A stretch of 64,000 bases of DNA from Candidatus Woesebacteria bacterium (GCA_040006915.1 JBDTWD010000004.1:65033-129032); one strand, 5' to 3'; positions 22,477 to 31,934 are shown, counted from the first letter of the stretch. Notes: generated from the letters alone by a model not told the origin. Made by a program: numbers and translations.

Positions 22477-22508
22477 TTGACACTATTTTTGTGATACTTT
22501 AGTATCAC
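22477..22508 (+). promoter_or_regulatory. TA promoter with palindromic operator
   Basis: TTGACA (22477-82), 17 bp, TAGTAT (22500-05); inverted repeat GTGATACT-tt-AGTATCAC (22491-22508) overlaps the -10. Confidence 0.7.
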
Positions 22509-22512
22509 TTTT

Positions 22513-22770
22513 ATGACTATACATCTTGTGACCACATTAAAAAGAAAAGCAACACAGATACTACATGAAGTGAACAAAACCAAAACTCCTATCCTGATTA
22601 CAGAATACGGTAAACCCTCTGCTTACATCATTGATGCACAATCTTTCCAAGAAACGCAACAAAAAATAGCAATTCTGGAGGGACTTGCTAGAGGCGAACA
22701 AGCAATTAAAGGTGGACGAGTGACTTCACATACGGATGCGATGAAAATGTTCAAACGATGGCTCGATTAA
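22513..22770 (+). CDS. Phd/YefM family antitoxin
   Basis: VTTLK..ATQIL, PILITEYGKPSAYII; overlaps the toxin start. Confidence 0.9.
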   Translation: MTIHLVTTLKRKATQILHEVNKTKTPILITEYGKPSAYIIDAQSFQETQQKIAILEGLARGEQAIKGGRVTSHTDAMKMFKRWLD

Positions 22771-23051
22771 TCTGGACAAACCCAGCACTAGCCGATTTAC
22801 AGGCGATAGCGGAATATATTGAGCTAGACAATCCAGTTGCTGCAGCAAAACTTGTTCAAAAAATATTTTCTACCGCGCTGAAATTACAAAATTTTCCAAA
22901 ATTGGGTAAAATTCCGATAGAAGCGCGTCATGCTTCATATAAAGAAATTGTGATACAACCTTGCCGATTATTTTACCGTCTTGAAAACAACTCTGTGTAT
23001 ATTGTTTTTATCACTCGGATGGAAAGAGATGCATCGCATTTTCGGATGTAA
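22758..23051 (+). CDS. ParE/RelE family toxin
   Basis: IWTNPALADL..IAEYI..DNP.AA, L.NFP.LG, RLFYR. Confidence 0.9.
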   Translation: MARLIWTNPALADLQAIAEYIELDNPVAAAKLVQKIFSTALKLQNFPKLGKIPIEARHASYKEIVIQPCRLFYRLENNSVYIVFITRMERDASHFRM

Positions 23052-23802
23052 TTCTGTCGATTTCCCCAAAAGACTTTCCCAGGAAATCCGCAATGAACTT
23101 CGCAGTTTCAATGACAAAAGCCGGTTCACATGTTTGGCCGCGCTTGCTTTGGGGTGACAAGAATGGAGCATCTGTCTCAGCCAACATTCGATTCTGCGGA
23201 GTTATTTTTAAGATAGCTCTGATAGCTTCAGCGTTTGGATACGTGACGTTTCCGGCAAAACTGACATAAGCTCCTAGGTCTAAAGCTTTTTGTACATACG
23301 AAACCGGCCCTGAAACACAATGCAATACAAACTTTGGAATCGGCTGACTTTGCAAAAGATCCACTAAATCACCATAGGCGTCATACGAAACCACCTCATC
23401 TGGCCTTCTGGTATTACGGCAATGAATGAGGAGTGGTAATTCATGTTTGTGTGCTAAGCCTGCTTGCAGCAAAAACAATTCTTTCTGCGCGCCATGATCG
23501 ACTGTCCCTGTATAGTCTAATCCACATTCGCCAATGGCACTGACATTCCCACTCGCAATGAGATTTTCTAATTCTTGTTTTATCGTATCTATCTGTCCAC
23601 TCACCGCTTCTTCAGGATGAAGTCCTACACTTGCCCACAGCTCTGGATGTTTTTTCGCCAGATCAACAGCAATTTGACTGGTTTCAATATTCACTCCGAT
23701 ATTCATCAAGTTTGAAACCCCTGCATCCAAAGCATGTTGGAGATAGGTCTTGTAGTCAGAAAACAAAGGTTCGAGGTTTAAATGGGTGTGCGAATCGATC
23801 AT
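23011..23802 (-). CDS. tatD: TatD family DNase
   Basis: IDSHTHL, GLHP, IGECGLD, IHCR, LHC, ETDAPFL. Confidence 0.92.
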   Translation of the reverse strand: MIDSHTHLNLEPLFSDYKTYLQHALDAGVSNLMNIGVNIETSQIAVDLAKKHPELWASVGLHPEEAVSGQIDTIKQELENLIASGNVSAIGECGLDYTGTVDHGAQKELFLLQAGLAHKHELPLLIHCRNTRRPDEVVSYDAYGDLVDLLQSQPIPKFVLHCVSGPVSYVQKALDLGAYVSFAGNVTYPNAEAIRAILKITPQNRMLAETDAPFLSPQSKRGQTCEPAFVIETAKFIADFLGKSFGEIDRITSENAMHLFPSE

Positions 23803-23825
23803 CACCCTATGATACAATAAGCCTC

Positions 23826-24050
23826 ATGAATTTCTCTTCCGTACTTATCGTCATTCAGATCATTGTGTCACTGTTCTTGGTGTCAACGATCTTGCTACAA
23901 GCTCAAGGCTCAGGATTGGGTAGTACTTGGGGCGGAGGCGGAGAAAGTTATCATACCAAGCGAGGAGTCGAAAAGACACTTTTTGCGGTGACTATAGTCT
24001 TAGGCGTCCTCTTCTTTGTGCTCTCGCTTCTTAACATCGTGTTTCTCTAA
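23826..24050 (+). CDS. secG: Preprotein translocase subunit SecG
   Basis: ILLQAQGSGLGSTWGG, TKRGVEK, two TM; start ATG 23826. Confidence 0.9.
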   Translation: MNFSSVLIVIQIIVSLFLVSTILLQAQGSGLGSTWGGGGESYHTKRGVEKTLFAVTIVLGVLFFVLSLLNIVFL

Positions 24051-24068
24051 GAGATTACAAGGATTGTC

Positions 24069-25541
24069 ATGATCAAAGTTCAACACTATCTTTGGTATGT
24101 CCAAGGATTTTTCAAAAAATACAAAGCAATTATCGTTGTCAGTATTGTCATTGGTGTGGGAATGTTTATCGCTCTCCCGAGTTTGTTGACGATCGTCCCG
24201 TTTGGAAAACCAACGGAATATATTGGTCGTGTCGGTGTTTTCCCACTTTCACGGCTTCCTCGTGATATTCAGGAACAAGTCAGCTTTGGCTTAACTCGTG
24301 TGGAAGCAGATGGGCAAGTATCACCCGCGTTGGCATCGTCCTTTGGAGTGGAAGAGGATGGAAAAGCCTATCGCTTTACGTTACGACCTGATGTGAAATG
24401 GCAAGATGGACAGACTGTTACCCCACAAGATGTGACCTACAATTTCTCTGACATAGATGTGGTGCGTTCACCCAATGACATTGTCTATCGTCTGCAAACT
24501 CAGCAAAACCAAACTGAACAAGTAAAGGAAACCTTCCTTCCCTCTTCATTCCCAGCCGTCGTCACTCAGCCATTGTTTAAACAGGTCAGAACTCGTTCAC
24601 TGTTTGGAACCAAAACGATAGTGTATGGAATGGGTGCGTACACCATCACCGATATTGTATATAAAGGACCAGGAATCCAAGAGTTCACTTTAGATTCTCC
24701 CAAAAATCGAAAAGTGTATCGTTTCTATCCCACTGAACATGATGCCATTGTCGCTTTCAAGCAAGGAGAAATTGATCGCATCGATGATATTCAAGACTTA
24801 GAGGACATTTTTGACTGGCCAACTCTCGATAAACATCTCATTACCAAGACCGACCAGTACGTTGGCGTATTTTTCAATCTCGGATACCAAGTTGGAGAAG
24901 ATCATCCGTATGGAAACAAACAATTACGGCAAGCATTAAATTTAGCGATCCAGAAGCCACAAGGAACTGATCGAATCCTTTCTCCAATATATAAACGCTC
25001 ATGGGCCTATGTGGGCAATGAAGACGATCTTGATCATTTTGAACAGGACACCAAGCTGGCAGTCGAAACGTATTTGAAAGCCAATCTCTTTACTCCGTTG
25101 GCAATCGAACTGACTACCATTCCTTCGTATGCAAAAGAAGCAGAACTCGTGAAAGCGAGTTGGGAACAATTGGGAAAATTAGCAAAGACACAATGTCAGC
25201 AAGAGAAAGCCTCCGAAAACTGTGATCAGATCGATATTGCTGTCTCAATTCACATCTCCAATATTCCCGATTTATCAAATTATCAAGTTCTACTGGTCGG
25301 ACAACAAATTCCTCTTGATCCAGATCAATACTCACTCTGGCATTCGACCCAACCGACAAATTTTACACATTACAAAAACGCTCGAACAGACAAGCTCTTA
25401 GAAGATGGACGAAAGTCGACAAACAAGGAAGAACGTAAACTTTTGTATCAAGAATTCCAAACGTTATTGGTGAAGGAATCTCCAGTGATCTTCTTGGAAG
25501 CGATTAAAACCTACACCGTTGAGAGAAAAGGAATTCTGTAA
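24069..25541 (+). CDS. ABC transporter substrate-binding protein, family 5
   Basis: GLTR, PALA, YRFTLR..VKWQDG..VTPQDV, DPDQYSLWHS, NFTHY; N-terminal TM. Confidence 0.8.
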   Translation: MIKVQHYLWYVQGFFKKYKAIIVVSIVIGVGMFIALPSLLTIVPFGKPTEYIGRVGVFPLSRLPRDIQEQVSFGLTRVEADGQVSPALASSFGVEEDGKAYRFTLRPDVKWQDGQTVTPQDVTYNFSDIDVVRSPNDIVYRLQTQQNQTEQVKETFLPSSFPAVVTQPLFKQVRTRSLFGTKTIVYGMGAYTITDIVYKGPGIQEFTLDSPKNRKVYRFYPTEHDAIVAFKQGEIDRIDDIQDLEDIFDWPTLDKHLITKTDQYVGVFFNLGYQVGEDHPYGNKQLRQALNLAIQKPQGTDRILSPIYKRSWAYVGNEDDLDHFEQDTKLAVETYLKANLFTPLAIELTTIPSYAKEAELVKASWEQLGKLAKTQCQQEKASENCDQIDIAVSIHISNIPDLSNYQVLLVGQQIPLDPDQYSLWHSTQPTNFTHYKNARTDKLLEDGRKSTNKEERKLLYQEFQTLLVKESPVIFLEAIKTYTVERKGIL

Positions 25542-25549
25542 GCAGGTTT

Positions 25550-26785
25550 CTACTTATATAATTCAGGCACCGAGTTTTCAAACAGAATGATTGCAGAGGG
25601 TTTGACCATGTTTTTTATTTGTTCCATACCCTCTTGCTCGCCTTTGGCCAAGATAATTTGATCTTCTTCTAGTCCACCAGTTTTCAATCCTTTGACAATC
25701 GCTTGCGTATTTACCCCGATGATGACGACGCACACGTCTGCAATTTGGGCAATACGTTTTCCTAATTTTTCGTTCTCATGTTCTTGAATATCTCCAAGTT
25801 CTATATATCCAGGGGTAAAAATAATCTTTTGTGAGGCTTCCAATTCTTTCACCACAGACAATGTTTCAACAGATGAAGCAGGATTAGCATTGTAGCCGTT
25901 GTCTAATAGTAAAATATTATGTTCAAGCAACGTTGGCTCTAGCCGATGAGGAATAAAAGCAACACTAGATAGTTTCTGTGCAACCATATTTAGATCGATT
26001 CCAAATTCTTGGGCTAGCCAAAGAGCAGGTAACGTATTCACTGCATTGTGTTTGCCATACAAGGGAATAAAGAAAGAGCGCTCGTTATAACTAAACTCAG
26101 TACCTGCGCGGGAGACCTGTACATCAGTCACGCTATTTTCTCCATAGTCTTTCCCATACACAAAGTGTTTTCCTTTATTGGCTTCAGTAGTCACCAATTC
26201 AGTCAAGGCTTTCTTTAAATTTTCTTCTGATCCGAATCGCTCCATATGTGCATATCCAACCGGAGTCAGGATTTTATAATCTGGGGAGAGAAAGTGAACC
26301 AATCCGGCGATGTCTCCAGGATAATATTCACCTAATTCTGCCAGAAAAACCTCATGTGATGAATTGAGTTTGGACAAAATAAGTCGAGCTATCCCAATTG
26401 GTGTATTAATGTTTTCTGGTGTCATCAAAATCTTTCTTGAACCACTTAAGACATGATGGGCAATATACTTGGTTGAGGTTTTTCCATAAGAACCAGCAAT
26501 TGCGATAACCTTTAATCCCCGCTTTTGCAGATATCGAAGCTTTATAGTAGCTACAAGTACATATGCCCAAATAATTATTTTTTTAGGAATTTCTAAAAGC
26601 AGTAACGAAAATCGCAATGACAGAACAGGAGCCATAACTCGTAGTAACTGGAGCTTGAACGTCCATTTTTTTGGTTTGACGACCAGTGAACTATTTTTGT
26701 TGGCCTGAAACCAACGAATATATCGTGACCACTCATATTCAGTTTGTTGCAGAATGGCTAGTTTGGTTTCTATAGAAAGTGACAT
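25550..26785 (-). CDS. murF: Mur ligase (MurF-like)
   Basis: IAGSYGKTSTK P-loop, NTPIG, ELG, HMERFGS, HRLE, DNGYNANP, TPGYIELG. Confidence 0.75.
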   Translation of the reverse strand: MSLSIETKLAILQQTEYEWSRYIRWFQANKNSSLVVKPKKWTFKLQLLRVMAPVLSLRFSLLLLEIPKKIIIWAYVLVATIKLRYLQKRGLKVIAIAGSYGKTSTKYIAHHVLSGSRKILMTPENINTPIGIARLILSKLNSSHEVFLAELGEYYPGDIAGLVHFLSPDYKILTPVGYAHMERFGSEENLKKALTELVTTEANKGKHFVYGKDYGENSVTDVQVSRAGTEFSYNERSFFIPLYGKHNAVNTLPALWLAQEFGIDLNMVAQKLSSVAFIPHRLEPTLLEHNILLLDNGYNANPASSVETLSVVKELEASQKIIFTPGYIELGDIQEHENEKLGKRIAQIADVCVVIIGVNTQAIVKGLKTGGLEEDQIILAKGEQEGMEQIKNMVKPSAIILFENSVPELYK

Positions 26786-27519
26786 AGTTCATCCGATACT
26801 GGTTTTGGATACGTATGATGAGGGAAGTGTCCGGCATCATAGGTTTTTAACTGATTAAGTGGTATCAAATTATGCATCGTTTCACCTTGCCACAGCGGTG
26901 TAGAGGTGTCACTTTTTCCCCACAACAATAACGTCGGTTGGGCAATTGATGAAAGTTTTTGAGTGTAATCCTCTTTCAAAATGAGTTGTAAGGTTTTTTT
27001 CTGAAATTCATTGGCCCACACATAATCACTATCTGCTCCAAAAGAAGCGTACAGTTTGCCACGAAACGTGCTGGTGATCTTGTCTTTGATTGTTTTGGGA
27101 GTGAAGCGAGCAGCAAGACGCAGAGTTTTTTGTTTCGAGTTTAAAATATTGGGGATTCCGGAACTATCAATCAATGCCAGCTTTTTTGGCTGATGAGAAT
27201 ATGGTCCACTACAATATTCAAGCAGTATTTTCCCACCATAGGAGTGTCCTACTGCACCCACCACCGTCTGGCCTGTTGCCTGAAGGAAATCTTGAAGCCA
27301 TTTGGCATGTTGTGGAGTACTCCATCCCTCTTTTGGGGTGTCTGTGCGTCCACAGCCAGGAAGGTCGGGTATAAGTAAAGTGTAGTGATCAGAGAGAAAA
27401 GGGATGATCGGCAACCAGGCTTCCCAGGCATTTGCCCACCCGTGAAGCAGTACAAGAGCAGGACCTGCCCCCACAGTTTCATAGTTCGTTGCTAATCCTG
27501 CAACTTGAATAATTGCCAT
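26770..27519 (-). CDS. Alpha/beta hydrolase
   Basis: LLHGW, DLPGCG, GHSYGG, WGKSD, AGHFPH; start ATG 27519. Confidence 0.9.
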   Translation of the reverse strand: MAIIQVAGLATNYETVGAGPALVLLHGWANAWEAWLPIIPFLSDHYTLLIPDLPGCGRTDTPKEGWSTPQHAKWLQDFLQATGQTVVGAVGHSYGGKILLEYCSGPYSHQPKKLALIDSSGIPNILNSKQKTLRLAARFTPKTIKDKITSTFRGKLYASFGADSDYVWANEFQKKTLQLILKEDYTQKLSSIAQPTLLLWGKSDTSTPLWQGETMHNLIPLNQLKTYDAGHFPHHTYPKPVSDELCHFL

Positions 27520-27542
27520 AGTACCCATTATACTCATGCTCT

Positions 27543-28163
27543 ATGAAACGGATATCACTTCTTTCTCTCGTACTCGTGACTACCCTTGCTTTGAGCGCGT
27601 GTGCGCCAAAGGAAGTACCACCTGAAGCTACGCCAATGGCAACAGCAACGCCTAGTGCATCCGCGTCTGCTGCTCCCACAGATACGCCTATGGTTACCCC
27701 GACTCCAACCCCAAAAGGGAAAAATGCAAAAGTAACCAAACAATACGTTGATATACAAACCGCAAAAGGCACTATAGAACTGGAACTCTATCCTGACAAA
27801 GCTCCAGGGACAGTCAGTAATTTTTTGGAGAAAGTAAAATCGGGATTTTATAAAGGACTTACCTTTCACCGGGTAGAAAATTGGGTGATTCAAGGAGGAG
27901 ATCCTTTAGGAAATGGAACTGGCGGTGGAGAAATGCCAACCGAATTATCCGATGAACCCTTTATTGATGGCAGCCTTGGAGTCGCCCGTGGCAGTGAAGA
28001 TATTAAAGTGAGCAACGATTCCCAGTTCTTCATTTGTACCTCTGATTGTGGCTGGTTAACGAATAAATATACAAATTTTGGTAAAGTAACAAAAGGCATG
28101 GATGTCGCTAAAAAGATTGAAAAAGGCGATAAAATGATTAACCTAACTATAGTAGAAAAATAA
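27543..28163 (+). CDS. Cyclophilin-type peptidyl-prolyl isomerase, lipoprotein
   Basis: Lipobox LSAC, P/T-rich linker, FHRV..VIQGGDP, SQFFI, FGKV. Confidence 0.88.
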   Translation: MKRISLLSLVLVTTLALSACAPKEVPPEATPMATATPSASASAAPTDTPMVTPTPTPKGKNAKVTKQYVDIQTAKGTIELELYPDKAPGTVSNFLEKVKSGFYKGLTFHRVENWVIQGGDPLGNGTGGGEMPTELSDEPFIDGSLGVARGSEDIKVSNDSQFFICTSDCGWLTNKYTNFGKVTKGMDVAKKIEKGDKMINLTIVEK

Positions 28164-28167
28164 CCAT

Positions 28168-28614
28168 ATGAATCAAACCGCTGTCATTCAAACAAATAAA
28201 GGAGCAATCGAAATTGAACTCTATCCCCAAGATGCACCAAAAACAGTAGAAAATTTCACTACCCTTTCAAAGCAAGGATACTATAACAACCTTACCTTTC
28301 ATCGCGTTGTTCCCGGATTTGTGATCCAAGGTGGAGACCCAAACGGAAATGGCACTGGTGGGCAGTCTATCTATGGGGCAAAGTTTGAAGATGAGCTCAA
28401 TCCAGAAACAACAAGTTACAAAAATGGATACAAAGAAGGGGTAGTCGCTATGGCAAATAGCGGCCCAAATACTAATGGAAGTCAATTCTTCATTATGTTA
28501 GAAGATAACGATCTACCCCCGTTATATAGTATCTTTGGAAAAGTCACTAAGGGTATTGATGTGGTCAAACAAATCGCTGTCGGCGACACAATGACAGCCA
28601 TCGACATTACGTAG
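28168..28614 (+). CDS. Cyclophilin-type peptidyl-prolyl isomerase, cytoplasmic
   Basis: APKTVENF, FHRVVPGFVIQGGDP, MANSGPNTNGSQFFI. Confidence 0.93.
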   Translation: MNQTAVIQTNKGAIEIELYPQDAPKTVENFTTLSKQGYYNNLTFHRVVPGFVIQGGDPNGNGTGGQSIYGAKFEDELNPETTSYKNGYKEGVVAMANSGPNTNGSQFFIMLEDNDLPPLYSIFGKVTKGIDVVKQIAVGDTMTAIDIT

Positions 28615-29371
28615 TTTTCAAAATCGAAGCGAGCAGTATTGGATTATCGGTTTTTATGCCGTCCACTTTCATGGCAATGAATTTGCGCATATTCTCTTCT
28701 TTGTTAACGACAAATACGAAAACTTTTACTCCTAATGAGTGATAAAACTCTACATCCTGTGGCAGACAGAAGCGAGCGTGAAGCGAGACATATTCAGGAA
28801 GCAACCGATTCACCCGACGCTTGGCCAAAAAACGAGCGGGATAGGAAAGCAAACTGGTTAACAAAAATAAACCCACACGCCCCAAAAAGGTATTCAGAAT
28901 GTTAAATGGATTGTATGTTGTCCCCGTACTATATGACTGCAAGGAATTGGGGAAATGAATAGAATACCGATTCAACAACCCTAGGTTGTTGGAGTCAAAA
29001 ATAATCCGTTGCTCGATACGTTTGTGACTTAAGACGCGCGCTAAAGCCAGATCCATGGTCGTATCTTTTAAATCGAGATTAATTAAAACCCTCGGGGGTA
29101 ATTGATCGATAATTTCCGTCAGTTTAGGAAGCGTAAATCCTTTCGCCACCAGTTCATCGTACGTATATTGACTGATCTTGATGGTTGGCCTGAAAGTCTT
29201 CAATCGATCATTATGGTTTAAAACCAAAATTTGATCTTTGGTAATGCGCAAGTCCATCTCTACCATGTCTGCTCCCTGCACAGCAGCTAATAGAATGGAT
29301 TCTACAGTGTTTTCTTGGGCATCTTGTGATGCACCACGGTGCGCAATGATCAAAGGACGTGATGACATCAT
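28607..29371 (-). CDS. Glycerophosphodiester phosphodiesterase
   Basis: IIAHRGAS, ENT, EMDL.ITKD, VDGIKTD. Confidence 0.88.
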   Translation of the reverse strand: MMSSRPLIIAHRGASQDAQENTVESILLAAVQGADMVEMDLRITKDQILVLNHNDRLKTFRPTIKISQYTYDELVAKGFTLPKLTEIIDQLPPRVLINLDLKDTTMDLALARVLSHKRIEQRIIFDSNNLGLLNRYSIHFPNSLQSYSTGTTYNPFNILNTFLGRVGLFLLTSLLSYPARFLAKRRVNRLLPEYVSLHARFCLPQDVEFYHSLGVKVFVFVVNKEENMRKFIAMKVDGIKTDNPILLASILKTT

Positions 29372-29402
29372 GAAGAGGATAGTATACCAAAAATATCAGC
29401 GA

Positions 29403-29768
29403 TTACTTACCAGCAGGCTCTTGGATCCGAGTCGTAAAGTCGACGGGCGGAAAGGGATGTTCATCCCCTTCCGGATTTGATTGTTCTATTCTTTGTAGAT
29501 CCGGCTCTATGTCACTGCGAATCTGATCAGTCTGGATCGGAGTTTGTGAAGGAAGAGGCGTCGGTGTAATCAGCACTTGTGTACTTGCTCCTCGTTTGAT
29601 TAAGAAAACAAAGATCACAATCCCTACAAGTAACACCACAAATGCTCCAATTGCTAAGGGAACAATCAGACTTTTTTTCTGGGGAACAAGAAGGTCGGGT
29701 TTTCCTACTTCCAAGGGTACCGGCACCTCCTGAGAGAATCCCGTTTGATTTAAGTTGTCAGTACTCAT
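29403..29768 (-). CDS. Single-TM hypothetical protein
   Basis: TM followed by TPTP; coupled to upstream ORF (ATGA overlap). Confidence 0.65.
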   Translation of the reverse strand: MSTDNLNQTGFSQEVPVPLEVGKPDLLVPQKKSLIVPLAIGAFVVLLVGIVIFVFLIKRGASTQVLITPTPLPSQTPIQTDQIRSDIEPDLQRIEQSNPEGDEHPFPPVDFTTRIQEPAGK

Positions 29769-30565
29769 TGTGAAAGCTCCTTTGCAAATTCCACTCCTCG
29801 TAAAACAGAAGCGTACGACGAGAACACGATGGAACGAAGTTGAGGATACATTAGAGTTGCCGAACCGGACTGACTTTGCCGCTCATACTGGATAAGAGCT
29901 CCCGACAAAATAGATTGGGCATTATCTATTGTTCGTCCCAGTTCATCGCTCCCTCGTTGCTTTTCCACTCGCTGGGTCTCACTCATCACTCCCGTATCAA
30001 TCCAAAGATCAATTTTCTTTTTTACTGTTTGCAGCGCATCGATTGCCTCTTGCGTATGACCAATAGCAATCAGACAAACAGCCCGATCTGCGGTACTGCT
30101 TAGCTGCTTTTGTTTCCCAATAAACCATAACGCTTCCGTATCGGCTTTGATGCGATCGACAGCTACATCACTACGAGATCTATGATCCTGAAGGTCTTTC
30201 AGGTCTGCATCAATTCTCGCTGAGCTACTCGCTGACCAGAGCGGATTGACCATCGTTCGGTCCGAAAGCACAGCCTCAAGAATCGACAGATGAGTGATGA
30301 CAACATCGTCCCGAGTCAACAAAAAGTCCCGCATGTCATGTACGGCTTCTTCTTGAGAAGCCAGCGTTTTTAAGTTTTTGTACTGGGTAAGACTCAATGA
30401 CAGCGCATCTGACTGCGTCCGGTAGAGATCTAAAAGCTGCCGGTACCGGTCTTTTAGAGGGGCAATATTGGGGTTTACGGCATATACCACCCCTGTATTT
30501 AAGACCAAAAAGCAGAGCAGAATAGCCAGGCTTACTCGAGATAGTAGCGCGAAGGGACGAATCAT
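29765..30565 (-). CDS. Secreted helical hypothetical protein
   Basis: Signal peptide ending VYA; 266 aa, heptad-like. Confidence 0.65.
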   Translation of the reverse strand: MIRPFALLSRVSLAILLCFLVLNTGVVYAVNPNIAPLKDRYRQLLDLYRTQSDALSLSLTQYKNLKTLASQEEAVHDMRDFLLTRDDVVITHLSILEAVLSDRTMVNPLWSASSSARIDADLKDLQDHRSRSDVAVDRIKADTEALWFIGKQKQLSSTADRAVCLIAIGHTQEAIDALQTVKKKIDLWIDTGVMSETQRVEKQRGSDELGRTIDNAQSILSGALIQYERQSQSGSATLMYPQLRSIVFSSYASVLRGVEFAKELSQ

Positions 30566-30719
30566 AGTTGTAGTGTAGCAAATATGGTATACTACCGATA
30601 GTATTCGTTAAGCTTCTAACTCCTCGTGCAATTCCCACATTCCCAAAAGATCTGTGTGTCAAAAAGCTCTGAGATGAGCGAAGCAGTAGTATGTCCCTGG
30701 GAAAGGTGGTGAATTTACA

Positions 30720-31136
30720 ATGGATGCATCAGCACAAAGCGCTAATCCCGCAAAACTGTTTGTTGGCAACTTGTCTTACAACATTACTTCCGAGCAACTC
30801 ACTGAGAAATTTTCTCAGTTTGGTACCGTAGTCGAAGCTTTGGTCATGACCGATAAATTTACCGGTCGATCAAAAGGTTTCGGTTTCGTTACTATGAGTT
30901 CTGCAGACGAAGCAAATGCTTGCGTAACAGGTCTCAACGAATCGGAATGGGATGGTCGCAATATGGTCGTTAACGTTGCACGTCCGAGAGTTCCCCGAGA
31001 AAATCGAGGATTCGGAGGCGGAGCAGGTGGCTACAATGGTGGCAGTAGAGGTGGCGGAGGTTTCAACCGAGGAGGTCGAGATTTCAGTCGCGGCTCTGAC
31101 CGTGGTAGTAGTGACCGAGGTGGATGGAATAACTAA
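30720..31136 (+). CDS. RRM RNA-binding protein with Gly/RGG-rich tail
   Basis: RNP2 LFVGNL, RNP1 KGFGFVTM, DGR..VVN.ARP. Confidence 0.93.
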   Translation: MDASAQSANPAKLFVGNLSYNITSEQLTEKFSQFGTVVEALVMTDKFTGRSKGFGFVTMSSADEANACVTGLNESEWDGRNMVVNVARPRVPRENRGFGGGAGGYNGGSRGGGGFNRGGRDFSRGSDRGSSDRGGWNN

Positions 31137-31161
31137 TACTTATCTATCAATCGAAAAAAAC

Positions 31162-31201
31162 AAAAGCCCCTTTTCACCTTTATTGGTGAGGGGGCTTTTT
31201 T
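31162..31201 (+). terminator. Intrinsic terminator after RRM gene
   Basis: AAAAGCCCC..TTCACC / GGTGAG-GGGGCTTTT stem followed by T run. Confidence 0.7.
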
Positions 31202-31251
31202 GTGGTATATATACTACAACATCAATCTATTCGTAAAACAAGGAGCCCCTT

Positions 31252-31527
31252 ATGACCAAGTCGCAACTGATCGGTATCGTCGCCAAACGAGCACATATGC
31301 CGAAACGCGCTTCAGAAGAAGCAATTGAGGTTCTTCTGGAAGAAATCTCAAGGGCTCTGCAAAAGGGAGAGAAAGTAGTGCTTTCGAGCTTTGGCACATT
31401 TTCACTCGGTAAAGTAAAAGACAAAGAAGTTGTGCCGTTTGGCAAAACTGAAAAACGATTAACCATCAAGGGACACAAGGTCGTTAACTTCAAAGCTGGA
31501 AAACCTCTCAAGAAAAAGGTATGGTAA
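31252..31527 (+). CDS. HU/IHF family DNA-binding protein
   Basis: MTKSQLI, L.KGEKV.L..FGTF, FKAGK.LK; AAGGAG SD. Confidence 0.88.
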   Translation: MTKSQLIGIVAKRAHMPKRASEEAIEVLLEEISRALQKGEKVVLSSFGTFSLGKVKDKEVVPFGKTEKRLTIKGHKVVNFKAGKPLKKKVW

Positions 31528-31531
31528 TAGG

Positions 31532-31930
31532 ATGAAGTTTCTTTTGATTCTTGTCGTACTTATAGGCATCGTTGTTGGTGGATTACATTTTTTCCCGTCA
31601 CTTGCCTCCAAAGCTAAAATAGCGTTGCCAAACATTCCCCAGCTTCATTTAGCCAAATCTGAAGATAAAGACACTCCCGAAAAAACAGCACTCCAAGGGA
31701 AAGTCGCAGGAATTGCGACCACGGCCCAAAGCGCATTCCAATCCGCTTCTACCCTATTTCTTTCTACTCCGGGTCCAGGAAGCGATAATATCAACGTGGG
31801 CACTGTCGTTAATCAAATTAGCAAACAAGTAGAAAACATTCCCTCACAGCTGTTAGGTATCGCAAAAGTTCAATACTGTCAGCAGGTCCTCATCGAGGCT
31901 ACCAAGTCAGCCGAAAAAAAGATAGAATAG
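31532..31930 (+). CDS. Membrane-anchored hypothetical protein
   Basis: N-terminal hydrophobic segment; operon spacing. Confidence 0.6.
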   Translation: MKFLLILVVLIGIVVGGLHFFPSLASKAKIALPNIPQLHLAKSEDKDTPEKTALQGKVAGIATTAQSAFQSASTLFLSTPGPGSDNINVGTVVNQISKQVENIPSQLLGIAKVQYCQQVLIEATKSAEKKIE

Positions 31931-31934
31931 ATCT

